Positions 1 through 13,560 of a stretch of 64,000 nt of DNA are shown one piece after another. Made by a program: the position numbers and the translations under genes. The stretch covers positions 102,116,001 to 102,180,000 of the forward strand of contig CM052817.1 in the NCBI GenBank assembly GCA_028534125.1, written 5' to 3'. The stretch comes from Lama glama. Taxonomy: Eukaryota. Under the pieces are notes generated by a model, which worked only from the letters and a program-made list of their open reading frames with translations, was not told the DNA's origin and made no database searches. The first letter of the stretch is position 1; every line of letters starts with the position of its first letter.

Positions 1-1125
1 TTAAAATTAAAATGTCTGCTAAGCAAAAGCACGACCAAGAGAATTAAAGGACAAGACCTAGACTGGGAGAAAATATTGGCAAAAGACATATCTGGTAAAG
101 ACCAGCTATCCAGAATATACAAAGAACTCTTAAAACTCAACAACAAGAAAACAAACAACCTGATTAAAAGTGGGTGAAAACCTTAAAAGACACTCACTAG
201 AGAAGATACACAGATGGCAAGTAAGCATTATGAAAAGATGCTCCACATCATACATTACCAGGGAAACGTGAATTAAAATGACATACCACTACACATCTAT
301 TAGAATGGCCAAAATCTGGAACACTGACAACACTATATGGTGGCGAGGATGTGGAGCAACAGGAGCTCTCATTCACTGCTGGTGGGAACGTAAAATGGTA
401 CAGCCACTTTGGAAGCATTTTCTCATAAGACTAAACATACTCTTACCATAAGATCCAGAAATCACACTTCTTGGAATTTACCCAAAGGAGGTGGAAATTT
501 ATGTCTACACAAAAACCTGTATATTGGTTTTCACAGCAGTTTTATCCACAATTGCCAAAACTTGGAAGCAACCAAGATGGCCTTCAGTAGGTGAATGGAT
601 AAGTGAATTGCAATATCTAGACAATGGAATATTAGTCAGTGGTGAAAAGAAATGATCTATCAAGCAATGAAAAGACATGCATATTACTAAGTGAAGAAGC
701 CAATCTGAAACAGCTACATACTGGATGACTACAACATTCTGGAAAAGGCAAAACTATGGAGACAATAACAAGATCAGTGGTTGCCTGAGTTTGGGGTGTG
801 GGGTGTGGGGGAAAGGATGAACAAGCAGAGCATGTTTTTGTTCAGGCACTGAAACTACTCTGTATGATACCATAATGGTGGATACATGCCATCACACATC
901 TGTCCAAACCCACAGAATGTAAACCACCAAGGGTGAACCCTAATGTAAACTATGAACTTTGGGTGATTATGATGTATCAATGCACATGCACTGATTTTAA
1001 CAAATGTACCACTCTGTGAAGGATGCTGATAATGGGGGAAGCAACACATGTTTGGGGGCAAAGGGCTCATGGGAAATCCTGTACCTTTCTCTCAATTTTG
1101 CTGTGTACCTAAAAATTCTTTAAAA
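1..1125 (+). mobile_element. Old L1 (L1MC/L1MD-like): end of ORF2 plus 3'UTR
   Basis: Degenerate ORF2 C-terminal sequence (ccagaatatacaaagaactcttaaaactcaacaacaagaaaacaaacaacc; gtgggaacgtaaaatggtacagccactttggaa) and 3'UTR motif gggtgaaccctaatgtaaactatgaactttggg. Confidence 0.88.
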
Positions 1126-2074
1126 AGTAGTTGTTAAAATATATTAACCCTATTACATCTTTAAACAAGATATAATGGTTCAGAACAGAGTTATGCAAAA
1201 ATCACCTTGAAGAAACAGAATCACTCCCAGGGCAGGAGGCTTGACTGAGGTATTAAGATACCAAAGAAGGAATGTGTAATTAAATGGATGTTAGTGAGCA
1301 ACAGAAGTCCAGGCAGTCACTAAGGCACCACAAAATTCTACTTGGCAGTGCTGTGTGAGTCTTTTCTGAGGAAAGGGTAACATAGGCCAATGACGTTCAA
1401 CACTTGAATCACACACATCCTGCTTGAACCATTTGGGATGAACAAGCAACTTTCTGAGTATAATTTGGCTCCCGTGTCCTTTTCCTAGAGAGTTTGGTCA
1501 TCCTGATATGACTCCTGTAATCCACATGGCAATCACAGTTCTTCTGTAAATGAAAGAGCTGCATTCTGGTTTGTATATCAGTCTTCTTCCTAACAGTTAA
1601 TAAGCCCCAACCTCAGGAGAGGGACTCTCTAGTTTGTTAAGATGAGGTCTTGAGCCTACATCGCGGAGGCTCAGCTGCGGGACTGGGGTTAATTCACAAA
1701 CGTGAAAACTTCTTTGTGAGATGTTTGCCTTCTTTTGAGAGAACTAGACCTTGCCTAAGGCCTTTCTCCTTCTCTTTCCTCCAGAGGTATGTCAGAGTCA
1801 GAGCTAAGGTGACGGAATTCGATACAGTTTGCAAACGGCTAGTTAGTTGGCACTCATTCTGATGAATTTCATTCCAAACAGGAGATTGGCCTTAAATAAT
1901 GAAATATGAATGACTGATAATATTGACGTCCCTCTTCATTATCGTAGAGTTATAAATTTTTGCCCTGTTCAAAGTTGTGGATGACCTAGAGACACCAGTT
2001 CCAAACTTATGGGAATTCTGTTACTTGGAAAGTATAGTTCTTACCTGGTTTGGAGACAAAGTGGAACAGAATAG

Positions 2075-2333
2075 AGTGGTAGGGTTTTAGAAGCGTGGGA
2101 AGGGATAAGTCATGAGTTTGAGATGTGCAGATACTAACTACTAAATATAAAATAGATAAGCAACAAGTTTCTACTGTAGAGCACAGGGTACTATATTCAG
2201 TATCTTACAGTAACCTATAATGAAAAGGAATATGAAAAGGAATATACGTATGCATACATGACTGAAACTTTATTCTGTACACCAGAAATTGACACAACAT
2301 AGTAAACTGACTATACTACAATTAAAAAAAAAA
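2075..2333 (+). mobile_element. L1 3'UTR tip (artiodactyl/camelid type) with poly(A)
   Basis: ctactgtagagcacagggtactatattcagtatc...gacacaacatagtaaactgactatactacaattaaaaaaaaa. Confidence 0.85.
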
Positions 2334-2618
2334 CAATGACTAGTATGGTCATATGACCTGACTTAATCTTTGTGGTTTCCTTGTGAATTAGTTGTTACCA
2401 TCTCCACTTTGCAGAAGGAGAAAGAGAGCTTGCCCATCTTGGGCAAGAGAGCAGTCGAGAGCCACTCAGCTACACTAACTCCCATTGCAATTTCCATACT
2501 CCACACACACGTGCCCAACTTTACCAAGAGCAGAAGCCCGAATTCTGGACCAACTGCCAAAGGGCCAGAAGGGTTTTTCTTCAAAATATCAAGGTCTAAT
2601 TTGTTTATTAGACAACAG

Positions 2619-3055
2619 TGAAATAGCAGGGAAGGGGAGCAGGGCACAACTACTAAAGGAGTGACACAGCAATTGAGGGCAAGACAAATTGGTTAGATCC
2701 AAGATGGCAGAAGATTCGACTTCCAGTAGACTTGAGCCTCATGGCACAGCCACAGGTGCCATGAAAGTTCTTAGGCTGATCACAAAAGGTCAAAAAGTGG
2801 GTGGGGGCCCAATTCCTGGAAATCCCTGCCCTTTCCCCAAAGTCGTTGGAATAATCCTCCTACTCCCTAGCATATAAAATTATCGAGCCCATAAAACCTA
2901 ACAACTCTGCCCTCTGTGGTTGTTCTCTCTCTTGCCTTCTGAGACGGCCCACAATCTGTCCATGGAGTGTGTCTCTCTAAATAAACTTGCTTTCACTTTA
3001 CCATGCCTTACTCTTGAACTCTTTCCTGTGCAAGGCAAGAACCTATTCTCTGACA
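2619..3055 (+). mobile_element. ERV1 solo LTR, MER41-like
   Basis: TG...CA termini with a 4-bp TSD-like pair acag/atag. Contains aagatggc, gaataatcc...tagcatataa and aataaacttgctttcacttta...ctttcctgtgcaaggcaagaacc, which resemble the recalled MER41 3' half. Confidence 0.75.
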
Positions 3056-3815
3056 ATAGTAGATACATTTTACTAGTTAGAATGCCCTCATGCAGCACCA
3101 TGTGTTAATTTTATCTCAAGTCTTTTAACATCTAAGTGTTTATTTTCAATCAGCGTATCAATCCAATTCACAATTTCAATTCTTCCCCTCATGGTAATTC
3201 GAAAAATGCATAAAGCTGTGGAAAGTCCACATTAGGGGCTCTGGTTCTTGACTCACGGTCATCAGCATCACCAAAGCTCTAGAAGCGAAAGAGAAGAAAT
3301 AAAAGCTGGCTTCTAGAAGGTTCATTTAAAATGTTTAATGGATTGAAATGTCATGGACAACCACGTGGTTTATCTTCAGTTCAAAAAGACTCAGGATGGT
3401 TATATTTCCTCTCATGTAGTAGAAAAGGAACAGTGAGTGATACGAGTAAATTGCAAGGAACCCTTTGGACTTTCTTGTCACCTTGCTGTACGGCCAGCCT
3501 CTCTTACAGGCCACTGGAGCCCTCTGAGATGACTCTTTGTGTGAATAGTGAACATTTCATGACTTAAAGAGACTTTACCTACCAAAGGGTTGCTTCTCAA
3601 ATGCTATAAACTATAAAAAAAACTATATATATATATATATATAAAACTATATATTGAACTATACATTGTTTTAAACAATTGAAATGTTAAGTTTAATGTT
3701 GTTAATAGAGGAACACAAAACTCAAGCTTGTGGGCTTTCCAAGAAAGAAACTTGAAATAAATATAAATACATTGGAGTTATTTGTTTTAACTTTTTATTT
3801 TCTAAAAAAAATATA

Positions 3816-3968
3816 GGGGGAAGGTATAGCTCAGTGGCAGAGTGCATGCCTAGCATGCATGAGGTCCTGGGTTCACTTCTTAGAACCTTCCATTAAATAA
3901 ATACAGAAACCTAACTACCTCCTCCGAAAAAAAAAAAAAACAGAAACAAAAATAAAACACACAAAAAA
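3816..3968 (+). mobile_element. tRNA-derived SINE (camelid type)
   Basis: gggggaaggtatagctcagtggcagagtgcatgcctagcatgcatgaggtcctgggttc (Pol III A and B boxes), then aaacctaa...cctcc and an A-rich tail. Confidence 0.9.
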
Positions 3969-5647
3969 CCCCCATCGAAACGTTAAAAGTGGTTTAGGGT
4001 GATTACAGTTTATGATAACACAAAAAATAATTCACTCAGGATGTCAAGTGGTGCCTACTGATGGGATGTTGAATAAATCACATAAAATGTAAGCTTTCAA
4101 AAGGCATATATATTTTTCATTTGAAAATAAAGATTAAAATTACAGGCATATTTTGAAGGGAAATCATACAGGAAGTCATAAAATGCTATTAAATAATTTA
4201 TATCAAGGCCATTCTGACACTGATCAGTGGATTTACAATCTTTTAAAACCACTGGAACTCAAATACAAAAAAAAAAAAAGTCACTTTCTGGTGTCCGTGA
4301 TATGATCTGGCAGTATGTACTGAATTCACGCTCCCAGGAAAGCTCTGGCCAGCTTGAAATGTCAGTCAATATTTGATGTACCTCATCATTGGTTTTTACT
4401 GGAGCCTAGGAAATCCTGCCGACCCTGGTGTAGGTTAGTTGCATCTAATCAGATTTGACAGCCTTCTTAACTGCCATCCTGTCCTTCTCTTGTTCTTCTT
4501 GTTATAAGTTGCAGCCTTTAGTCTACCTCTCTGCTGAGGCGTCATGACCTTCACACATGTCGTAGCTACTCCTCAAAGCAAGGACCCAGTTCATTGCTTC
4601 AGATGTCTTAAAACGGATACCTATCCAGACATTTATGGGTACCATGTGCTTGTATTACTGCCAGAGTATTTCTAACCGTCTTTATGTGTAAGATTTAATA
4701 AGTAGAATTGTAAAGTGTGAAGTTCTATTAAAAAGGCAACAGTCAAATTTAATTAAATAATTCTAAATACAAGAGGACGAAGAAGGACAACTCTGATCAG
4801 AGGTCACAGAAAACACAAGGATGTGACAGCAGAAAAACGCCTTCCCACCCACGTATTCATTAGCTTTTCTGACTGAATCTGAAAGTAGCAAGAAAGTAGT
4901 ACGGTCTTCACTGTCTTCTGCTCTAATTTTTTATCTCAGCCCGGGTTACTCTTAACCATATTGATTAATCCCAACTGTTAAGGTTGGGAGTAGATGAAAG
5001 GTTGAGTGATAAGAAAAAGACTAACATAAGGGTAGTTTCCTCTTGCGACGGCTGCTTCCTGCCAACAGAGTGCATCTCCGACATAGAAATGAATGGCACA
5101 CTGCAAAAATGGAAGCAGGTGCAAACCACCCCCAACCATGGCCGTTTTTATTACTTTTATTATTAAATCATTTCTGAATTCAACCACAGATATTATAATA
5201 CTTACTAATCGTATCTTAATTTCATATTGAAATGTTTTCTTTGGGGCACCTTAGATATTGACTTCTATTTTGGCTTAATCCTGCAAACAAATTGATCTGG
5301 GAGAACTGAGAAAAGAGATCTTAATTAGGAAATGACCAGGTGCATTCCTTAAGTTTTAGAAATTTCATTGGCTAGTGTGAAAATGTGTGATAACAATGAT
5401 GACTTCTATACCAGTTCTTTTGAGGAATAACTTACTAATTTACTAATTTATATATGTGTGTGTGTGTATTTAGCTCACTAATACATCCCAGTAGAAAAGC
5501 ACCCGGCACTTTATACTCAATAAAACCTCTGTTGAAAGAGCACATAAAATATCTGAAGAGCCACAGCATAGAGCAGAACTAGGATTTATGGACACACATA
5601 AAGGAGGAAGACACGAGTTTAATGTAGCAAACTGACTTTCCAAAGAA

Positions 5648-5790
5648 GGGGTTTTCCACCTTGGTCACGCGACCCAATCACCTGCAGGGCCAGTTAAAAT
5701 GACAGGTCCCGGACCCCAGACCTACTGAAGCAGGACCTTCAGGGATAATCCTAGAATGATTATTTCATGCCCAAGTTCAAGAACCGCCGG
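5648..5790. mobile_element. MER5-like hAT-Charlie MITE
   Basis: aatcacctg...ccccagacctactgaa...aagttcaagaaccgc pattern. Confidence 0.6.
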
Positions 5791-6899
5791 ATCCTAAACT
5801 CTCAGCCACTGCAATATTCAAGGACTGACTGAAAGGCCGCATGTCAGGGGTGTTCAGGAAGAAATGTTTGTACGTTCACTGCAGACAAAAGCTGGGCTCA
5901 AAAATGCCATCAGTTTCAAGACTGATTAATATATGTTCTGTTGCATCATTTAGGAAATGTTAACTTTCCTTTCCCTCAGGCTCTGCCCTGGAGTTGGCAT
6001 GTATACCTCTCAAGAGGAAAAGAAATAGAGCTCTGAGGAGCATCTCATATTATTTAACACTGAACTCTTATGTGGAAGTCTCATTACACCCAAACATATA
6101 GGTGGAAATTTCTACTTATTTTGGAAGTCACTATTATTTCATTTAACAAAGGTAATTGAAATTTACTCTTAATTATGTTTAAAATCAACAAGAAGCCTGC
6201 TGAATAAGTAGCCTGGGAGATAACCATTATTCAAAAATCAAAGTCAGGTTAATAATCTGCAATGTGAGAAGAACTCTAATTTAATATTCAATGTTAAGTG
6301 GAATAGTCTTTTTTCATAGCGAAGGCAGCATACGATGTGTAACAAAAATATTTTCTCTGTGAAATGAACAAATGAGTTTCAGAAAAATGCAGGCTGCCTT
6401 TTAAATAATGTTTGTTGGAGACACACATAAAGTGAAACTGAATCTCAAATGACAAAACAAGAACAAAAAAATGACAGAGAGCCAGCAAACAGCACACCTC
6501 AGACCCTTCTTTCACAAACTCCTTTTCTCTCACGTCCATTTGCTTTGCCCTCTGGCCAGCTCAAAGATTTATTTCTCGACTTTCTAATAAGATATAATTA
6601 CCCAGATTGGATTTTTTTTCCCAACTCACAATTATCTCCAAATGGGCTTTTTGCTTTGGGGTAGAAAGATCATTTAAATTAATTTTTTTTTATGTTTCCC
6701 ATTATGGCATAAATTTGAGTAGGGAAACAACTGAAAAATAATTTAGCATTATGAGGGAAAAGAGTTACCGTTCCCAGGAGCCTGTTCTGAGTAATGTAAT
6801 ATCTGCCAAATTCTTTGCAGATCAGATATTACTGTACTGTTTGAAAGCAATGCTGACTGTATCAAAACGAAGTCATAATAATAATTAATTTGCAGGTGC

Positions 6900-7060
6900 C
6901 ATGTATTACATGCTGACCGTGTGGCAGACACTGCTTTAAGTGCTTTGTATGAACTCGCTTAGTCCGTCCGCAGAAGACCCTAATGCGGGAGGTACAATTA
7001 TTATCCCTAATTAGAGATTAGAGAACTGAGGGGCAGATACACTGCCCAAGGACATGCAGT
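6900..7060 (-). mobile_element. MIR
   Basis: gtggcagacactgctttaagtgcttt...attattatccc...gagaactgagg...tgcccaagg (reverse-orientation MIR core). Confidence 0.7.
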
Positions 7061-7465
7061 CGCTGTTTAAGATGTTAAACACAACATCTTTCCAGGAAAG
7101 TATTTTAGCTAATGTACCATTGTTAAGGATTCATAAACATTTCAATCAAAAGGCTTTTGTTTTTTTTGAGATTTTAAACTTAAGTTAACTGAAACTTCAA
7201 GAGCCCTGAATGATTTAACTTTCAGTATTTTCACTACTTTTTGCTGTCTTTAGAGGGGACTGTGTGTGGGTTACTGGATTTGAGTGTATTTTTCTAATAA
7301 CACACTTTAGTCTAATCATATACACTCTGAATGAAAACGGGCATACCAAGAAGTGGCTGGACTCAAAACTTCATTCACCGAATCTGCAACAGCACCTGTT
7401 GTACCGTCCTTAGTTTAAAGCATTTTGCCAAAACAGGGACCATATAGGGAACACGTGGCACTCAC

Positions 7466-8323
7466 CTGCTTCACAATTTTCAGTCACAGTCCCCTTATAT
7501 AGACGTTGGCTGAAGGAAATCTTTATATCTTCTCCCTCCATGTGAACGACCAAGAGACCAGTGGTTGTCCTGGCTGGGACCCCTTGGTCCGTAACTTTTA
7601 ATTGCAGCCAGAAAGGAAAATATTCTGAAGATGGGTTTTGCTGAAGCTGAATTTCTCCTGTATATTCACGAATAGAAAATATGGACTGAGGCTCTGCAAA
7701 GCGAAAAGTGACAGTTCCGTTGGGCCCCAAGTCTGGGTCACTGGCTCTCAGGATGGCAGTCGTCCGATTTGTAGGTGACTGGTGGGAAAGAAAAATATCA
7801 AAGGGGTTCTGTTCCCAAACTGGATCATTGTCATTAACATCAGTGACATGTACTTGGATGATCACTGTGGTGCTTCTCGAGCCCTGGATGCCACAGTCTC
7901 TGGCCACAGCCCTGAACGTGTGTTCGGATCGGGCTTCTCGGTCGAGGGTGTGGCCAGTTCTCAATATGCCAGTCACGGGATCAATGGAGAACGCCCCAGG
8001 GGCCGCATCCACCAGAGAATACTCAGTTTGCCCATTCAGGCCTTCATCCTCGTCCACAGCAGAGAGCACGAAGACCACAGTTCCCACCTGAGCATCCTCT
8101 CTCACGGAGGACCAGTAATGGAGCTTGGGGAAGGCAGGGCTGTGGTCGTTGTCATCCAGAACTCTGACCTGCAGCTGCATGACGGTGCTCCTGGGTGGAT
8201 CCCCCAAATCAGAGCACAGGATGACTAGGGTGAAGTCGCTGACTTGCTCCCGGTCCAAAGCGCGAGTGGTTGAGAGCTCTCCCGACGTTTCATTGACAGC
8301 AAAATACTCATCGGTGTTTCCCT
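7466..8323 (-). CDS. DCHS2: DCHS2 coding exon, 858 nt, phase 1-1 (about exon 13)
   Basis: Acceptor ttctttaatag|AG GGA AAC; donor GAA GCA G|gtgagt. Translates GNTDEYFAVNETSGELSTTRALDRE...DDNDHSP...DVNDNDP...VTENCEA, matching the recalled human DCHS2 sequence. Confidence 0.95.
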
Positions 8324-9349
8324 CTATTAAAGAAAACAAATTCCAAGTCCATCTGAATTGAAAAAGTAGCAGCCCTTTGCTATGACTATATATATAATAT
8401 ATACACACATTCAATAAACATTTCCTGATTATTACATCTTAGGACTTTTGTAAACACTTTTGTCAGTCTATGATAAAAAGTCCCTGCCCTCATGAAGCTT
8501 CTATTACGGGGGATGAACAACATAATATAATTCAATATCTATCTTAGTTCAGTGCATAATTCACATGCTTGCTGTGACTGATTTGCAACAGTACGATTTT
8601 GTGGGTGTATGTGTCCAACTTCAACTTTTTAAATTTATATATTTTTCCCCTTGAGAGGATTAAAATGCATGTTCTATTTGAAATAAAACAATAGTAGACA
8701 GGGATAAGAAGCAGGATGTCCATTTTGAGGTACCAATCAAAAGTTAACAGATAGATTTACAATGGCACATTTGTAATTTTCCCAAATGTTACTCACTCCA
8801 GATGGAGTGCTGGTTATACTATTACAGTAAGTGCCTCTTCTACATTTCCTGGCCTTTTGTGCAGGAATCATAACACTTCTGTTAGAGAGAGTGGAACACC
8901 TGTCTGTTTCTTCCATGACTTAAGCAAGGGTGATGTTTTATTCTTCTCTGTCTCCTTCGGAAGGTTTCCTTTTACAATTGTCCACGGTACCAAGTAGAAG
9001 AAAAGTTGAAACTGAACACAGGGATAAAAAACTTCCAAAGATGTTTTAAAACCTCAGCCTGAAAATTAGTTGGGAAAATGTGGTTCGGTGACCTACTAGC
9101 CATATTCTTGGATGAGGGGCATGTTCTTGGACAAGGAGCACTGTCCCCAGTATGGTGGGAGTCTACTGGAGGCTGCCAGAGGCTCATGGAAGAAGTGGAC
9201 CAGCATTCTGAGAAAACAGCCATAGGTAGTGCTGGGGCCGGGGAGAAGGGACCTGCACCGGGATGTACTCACAAGACACAGCGAATTTGTACCTAACATA
9301 TGGATGATGAGACAAACTACATTTCTGTGGTAATTGTGGTTGATGAAGT

Positions 9350-9990
9350 CATTTCTTCAGCAAACATTTAAAGAACACCTATCGTGTACCAAGTATGTGC
9401 TGGTCGCTGGGAATACGAGGAGAAGACATGATTCTCGCTTCCAAGAGTTTACAGTCCAGGAAGAGAGGCAGGTCAGTACCTGGACTTCAAAGCGTGGTGT
9501 GAAACTCACACGTGCAGGGTGCTGGGAAGCACGTTGGAAGAGCAGAGCGGTCCTGCGTTAGGATGGCCAGGAAATGCCTATTGGAAAGAGTGACATGCAA
9601 ACTGACTCCTAAAGGGGAGAAAGCCAGGCTACAAGTCTCAGGAGGAGGAAAGAGGAAGAGGAAGAGGAAGAGGGCAGAGGGAACAGCCTGGGTGAAGTCT
9701 CAGGAATACGAAAAATCAGTGGTAGCAAATGTCTTCGTGTGACTAGAACACAGGATTCCCTGGGTATCTGAGTGTAGAGAGCAGCAGGGCACCGAATCAT
9801 GAACAGCCCTGTGTACAGTGCTGGAGTCTCTATTTTATCTTAAAATCTCTGGGGAGCCCCCGCAGGATTGTAGACAGGAAAATGTCATGAATCACATTTC
9901 TGTTTCAGGAAGAGTACTGGGCAGCAATGTCAAAGCTTGACTAGTGTAAGAAAGATTAGGAGGCTATTAGAAGTAATCTACATGAGCGAT
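9350..9990 (-). mobile_element. L2 3' region
   Basis: cagcaaacatttaaagaacacctatcgtgtaccaagtatgtgctg...ccaagagtttacagtccag (reverse-orientation L2 3' end). Confidence 0.7.
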
Positions 9991-10321
9991 GAGGAGGTTC
10001 TGAAATAAAGACTGGGTCCTTGAGGCTGTCAAAAAAAAAATGTGAAATAGTCTGAAATGGAAGGAAAAAAATGTGAGTGTTGTGGAGTAAAAATAAAAAA
10101 TGTGAGTGGGTGACTGGTCTGGCTTTGTCATCAGCGTTGTCTCCCAGGTATTTTATCTTCATTGTCTTTCAGCTATTTTATCACCCCGCAAATTGTTGAA
10201 AATTAATAAATAATGAAAATGGTTCTTATCCACAGAAATTCAAATTAATCATGTCTAGTGGAATGACAATGATCATTTCTTGTGGGGAGACCTCTTCTGC
10301 ATTTCAGAATTCCTTATTTTC

Positions 10322-10345
10322 TGTGTGTGTGTGTGTGTGTGTGTG
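10322..10345. repeat. (TG)n microsatellite
   Basis: About 12 uninterrupted TG units. Confidence 0.95.
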
Positions 10346-10639
10346 GGTTGGATGTCTCCTTGAACCACTTTTAACATCACTTTGGTTTGTCCATTAGTTA
10401 ATGAGGTGAATAAAAATCTTTGGAAGTTGTTAATTTTATGTTTGTATGACAGTAATTCTTTTACTTTAAAAAATGTTCTTTGATGGGGAGTTCTGGAGTG
10501 AGGGTGGCACACAGCCAAGTCCACAGCCCACTACAAGGACATAAAGTGTGAACAAAAATGCAATTTCTTGCCAAAGGCACTGATCCCAATTCTGCTCTCT
10601 TGCTGTAAAAAGAAAGAGAGAGTGGGAAATAAAAATTTA

Positions 10640-13560
10640 TTAGGAGGTGGGAAGACCCTGGATTCACCTTCCCCCATGAACACATCAGAACTACAAACTA
10701 CATGTAGAGACACTTTCTCTGGGAATGTCCTGAAGATGAGCAGAATGGCTGTTCTGCAACCAAGCTTACGAAGAAAGAACCATGAGGAGTCTAGTAAGAG
10801 GGGAGAAGAAATCTAGTCAAGACCCACACCTCTGGTGGGAGAGCCAGAAGAGGAGAAGGATTTCACAGGCTCAGGGATCCGCCCTCAGGGGTGAGGGGTC
10901 TGAGCCCCACCTTGGGCACCCCAGCCCTGGGGTCCAAGACTGGGAATACCAGCCCCTTCAGGTGGTTTGAAAACCCACGGAGCTTAGTGGAGGGCTGTCG
11001 GAAACTGAGATTCTGCTCTTGTAGAGCACGAGCACAAACTTGTTTGTTCCCAGCCCTAGCACAGAGGCAGCGGACTGAAAACCACCTGGCATTCTGGTCA
11101 GTCTGCCCTGACTGCTCCCGTGCACCTCACCCCTGCTTGAAACAGGCTCTCACCTCAGCTCCTCATGCTCCAGCCTCACTCCTTTACAAGGCAGTGACCA
11201 CCACTGCATTTGGGAGAAGCCAGTTCTTGCACCAGGTTCCTGTTCCAGACCCTTAGGTCCCAGCATCACCCCTGGCCAAGGTAGAAGCTCCTTTAGCACT
11301 GAAGAGAAGCTAAGCTTGCTCAGGATTGTAACGCCAGCCCCTCAGGCCCTGGCCCCATCCCCTGACAGGGCAGTGACTGCTAGCGCACCCCAGGAGAAGA
11401 CATGGCCCATGACCACTTTAGATCCAGCTCTCCCACCAAAGCCACTGGGCAGACTGCATAAGAATATGCCAACATAAGACATGTCTTCAAGACTGAAGTA
11501 GGTATGTTTTGCTTAATTTCATAGAGACAAACAGAGAAAGTCAAACAAAATAAGAAGACAGAAAAACATGTTCCAAAGGAGGGGAGGGAAAGTAATAAAA
11601 CAGAGATAAGTAGTTACCTGATAAAGGGTTCAAAGCAATAGCCATAAAAAATTCCACCAAACTTGGGAAAAGAATAGAGGAACACAGTGTGAACTTCAAC
11701 AAATGATGATAAAATATAAAAAAGAACAAATTAAAGCTGAAGAATACAGTGACTAAAAGGAAAAATATGCTAGAAGGAATTAACAGCAGGTCAGGTGATT
11801 ACAGAGGAACACATAAGTGAACTATAGTCCGAATAGTGAAAAGCGCCCAATCAGAACAGCAAAAAGAAAAAGAGAAGTTTAAGTAAGGAGAACTGAAGGG
11901 AACTCTAGATCATCAAGCAAACTAACATTTGAATCACAGAAGAGAGAGACAAAAAGGCAGATGACATATATGATGAAATTATGGCTGAAAACACCACTAA
12001 CCTGAAAAGGGAAATACATATCCAGGTCCACAAAGGACAGAGAGTTCTAAACAAGATGAACCCAAAGAGACCCACACCAAGATACATCAAAATTAAAATA
12101 GAAAAACTTAGAGAGAATTTTAAAGGCAGAAACGGGGAAACAAAGAGTCACATACAAGGGAACTCTTACAACTATTAGCTGATTTTTCAGAAGCAAGCTT
12201 GCAAGCCAGAGAGAGTGGCATGACATATTTAAAGTGCTGAAAGGAAAGAACCTACAACCAAGGACACTCTACCCAGCAAGGTTATCATCCAGAATTGAAG
12301 GCGGGTTAAAGAGTTTCCTGGACAAGTGAAAACTAACAGAGGTCATCACTACCACTAAACTGGCCTTATGAGAAATGTTAAAGTGTCTTCTTTTAGTGAA
12401 AAAGAAAAGGCTATAACAAGAAATAAAAAAAGACGTGAAGAAAAAAACCTTAATGGTAAAGGCCACTTAAATAAGGTAGTACAAAGGTTAAAAGACAAAA
12501 ATTGTAAAATCAACTATAACCACAATAAACAGTTAAGAGGTACAAATAAAGATGTAAAATATGACAACAAAACATAAAAGATAGTGGAAAGGAAGTAAAA
12601 AATGTAGCACTTTTAGAATGTGTTTGAACTTAAATGACTATCAATTTAAGATAAGTATATATATAATTGATCTATATGAACCCCATGGTAACCGCAAATC
12701 AAAAATCTACAACAGTTACACAAAAACAAACAGAAAGGAACCCAAACATAATACTAAAAAAAGTCATTAAAATGCAAGGGAATAGACTAAAAGAAGAAAA
12801 GAACAGAGAGGAACTACAAAACCAACCATAAAACAAGTAACAAAAAAAGCAATAAGAACATACTTATCAATAATTATATAAGTGGATTAAATGCTCCAAT
12901 CATAGGAAATGGGGTGGCTGAATGAATAATAAAGCAAAACTCATCTATATGCTTCCTACAAGAGACTCACTTCAGGTCTTAAGACACACACATCTGAAAG
13001 TGAAAAAATGGAAAAAGACATTCCATGCAACTAGAAACAAAAAAAAAAGCTGGGATAACAATTAGAATATCAGAAAGAAAACAGACTTTAAAACAAAGTT
13101 TACAACAAAAATGAAGAAGGGCATTTTATAATGATAAAGAGGTCAATCCAAAAAGAAGATATATCATTAATAAACCTATATGCACCTAAATTTATAAAGC
13201 AAATATTAACAGACACAAAGGAAGAAATTGACAGTAATACAGTAATACAATAATAGTAGGAAAACTTAATACCCTATCCAGACAGAAAATCAATAAGGAA
13301 ACAATGGCCTTAAATGACATATCAGGTCACATGGACTTAACAGATACACACAAGATATTCCATTAAAAACAGCAGAAAACACATTCTTTTCAAGTGAACG
13401 TGGAACATTCTCCAGTATAGATTAGATGCTAGGCCACAAAAAATTTTCCAATAAATTTAAGAAGACTGAAATCATAACAAGCATCTTTTCTGATCACAGT
13501 GGTATGAAACTAGAAATCAATTACAGGAAGAAAACTGGAAAAACCACAAACACGTGGAGG
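10640..13560 (+). mobile_element. L1 5' half: 5'UTR, decayed ORF1 and ORF2 endonuclease region; 3' truncated
   Basis: ORF1 remnants (QRVLNKMNPKRPTPRYIKIK; gctgatttttcag...ctacccagcaaggttatcat). Endonuclease remnants (ggattaaatgctccaatc; ctacaagagactcacttcagg; MLGHKK...IFSDHSGMKLEIN...NTWR). Similarity stops at about 13560. Confidence 0.9.

Noticed and set aside
3816..3890. tRNA-like sequence (also at 32571, 33321, 54628, 55170, 62562)
   Set aside because: These are SINE heads with A-rich tails, several with TSDs, not tRNA genes.
8797..8878. Minus-strand segment between ctctctctaacag and gtgagt
   Set aside because: The required phase hits a stop codon, and the only open frame has no cadherin similarity.
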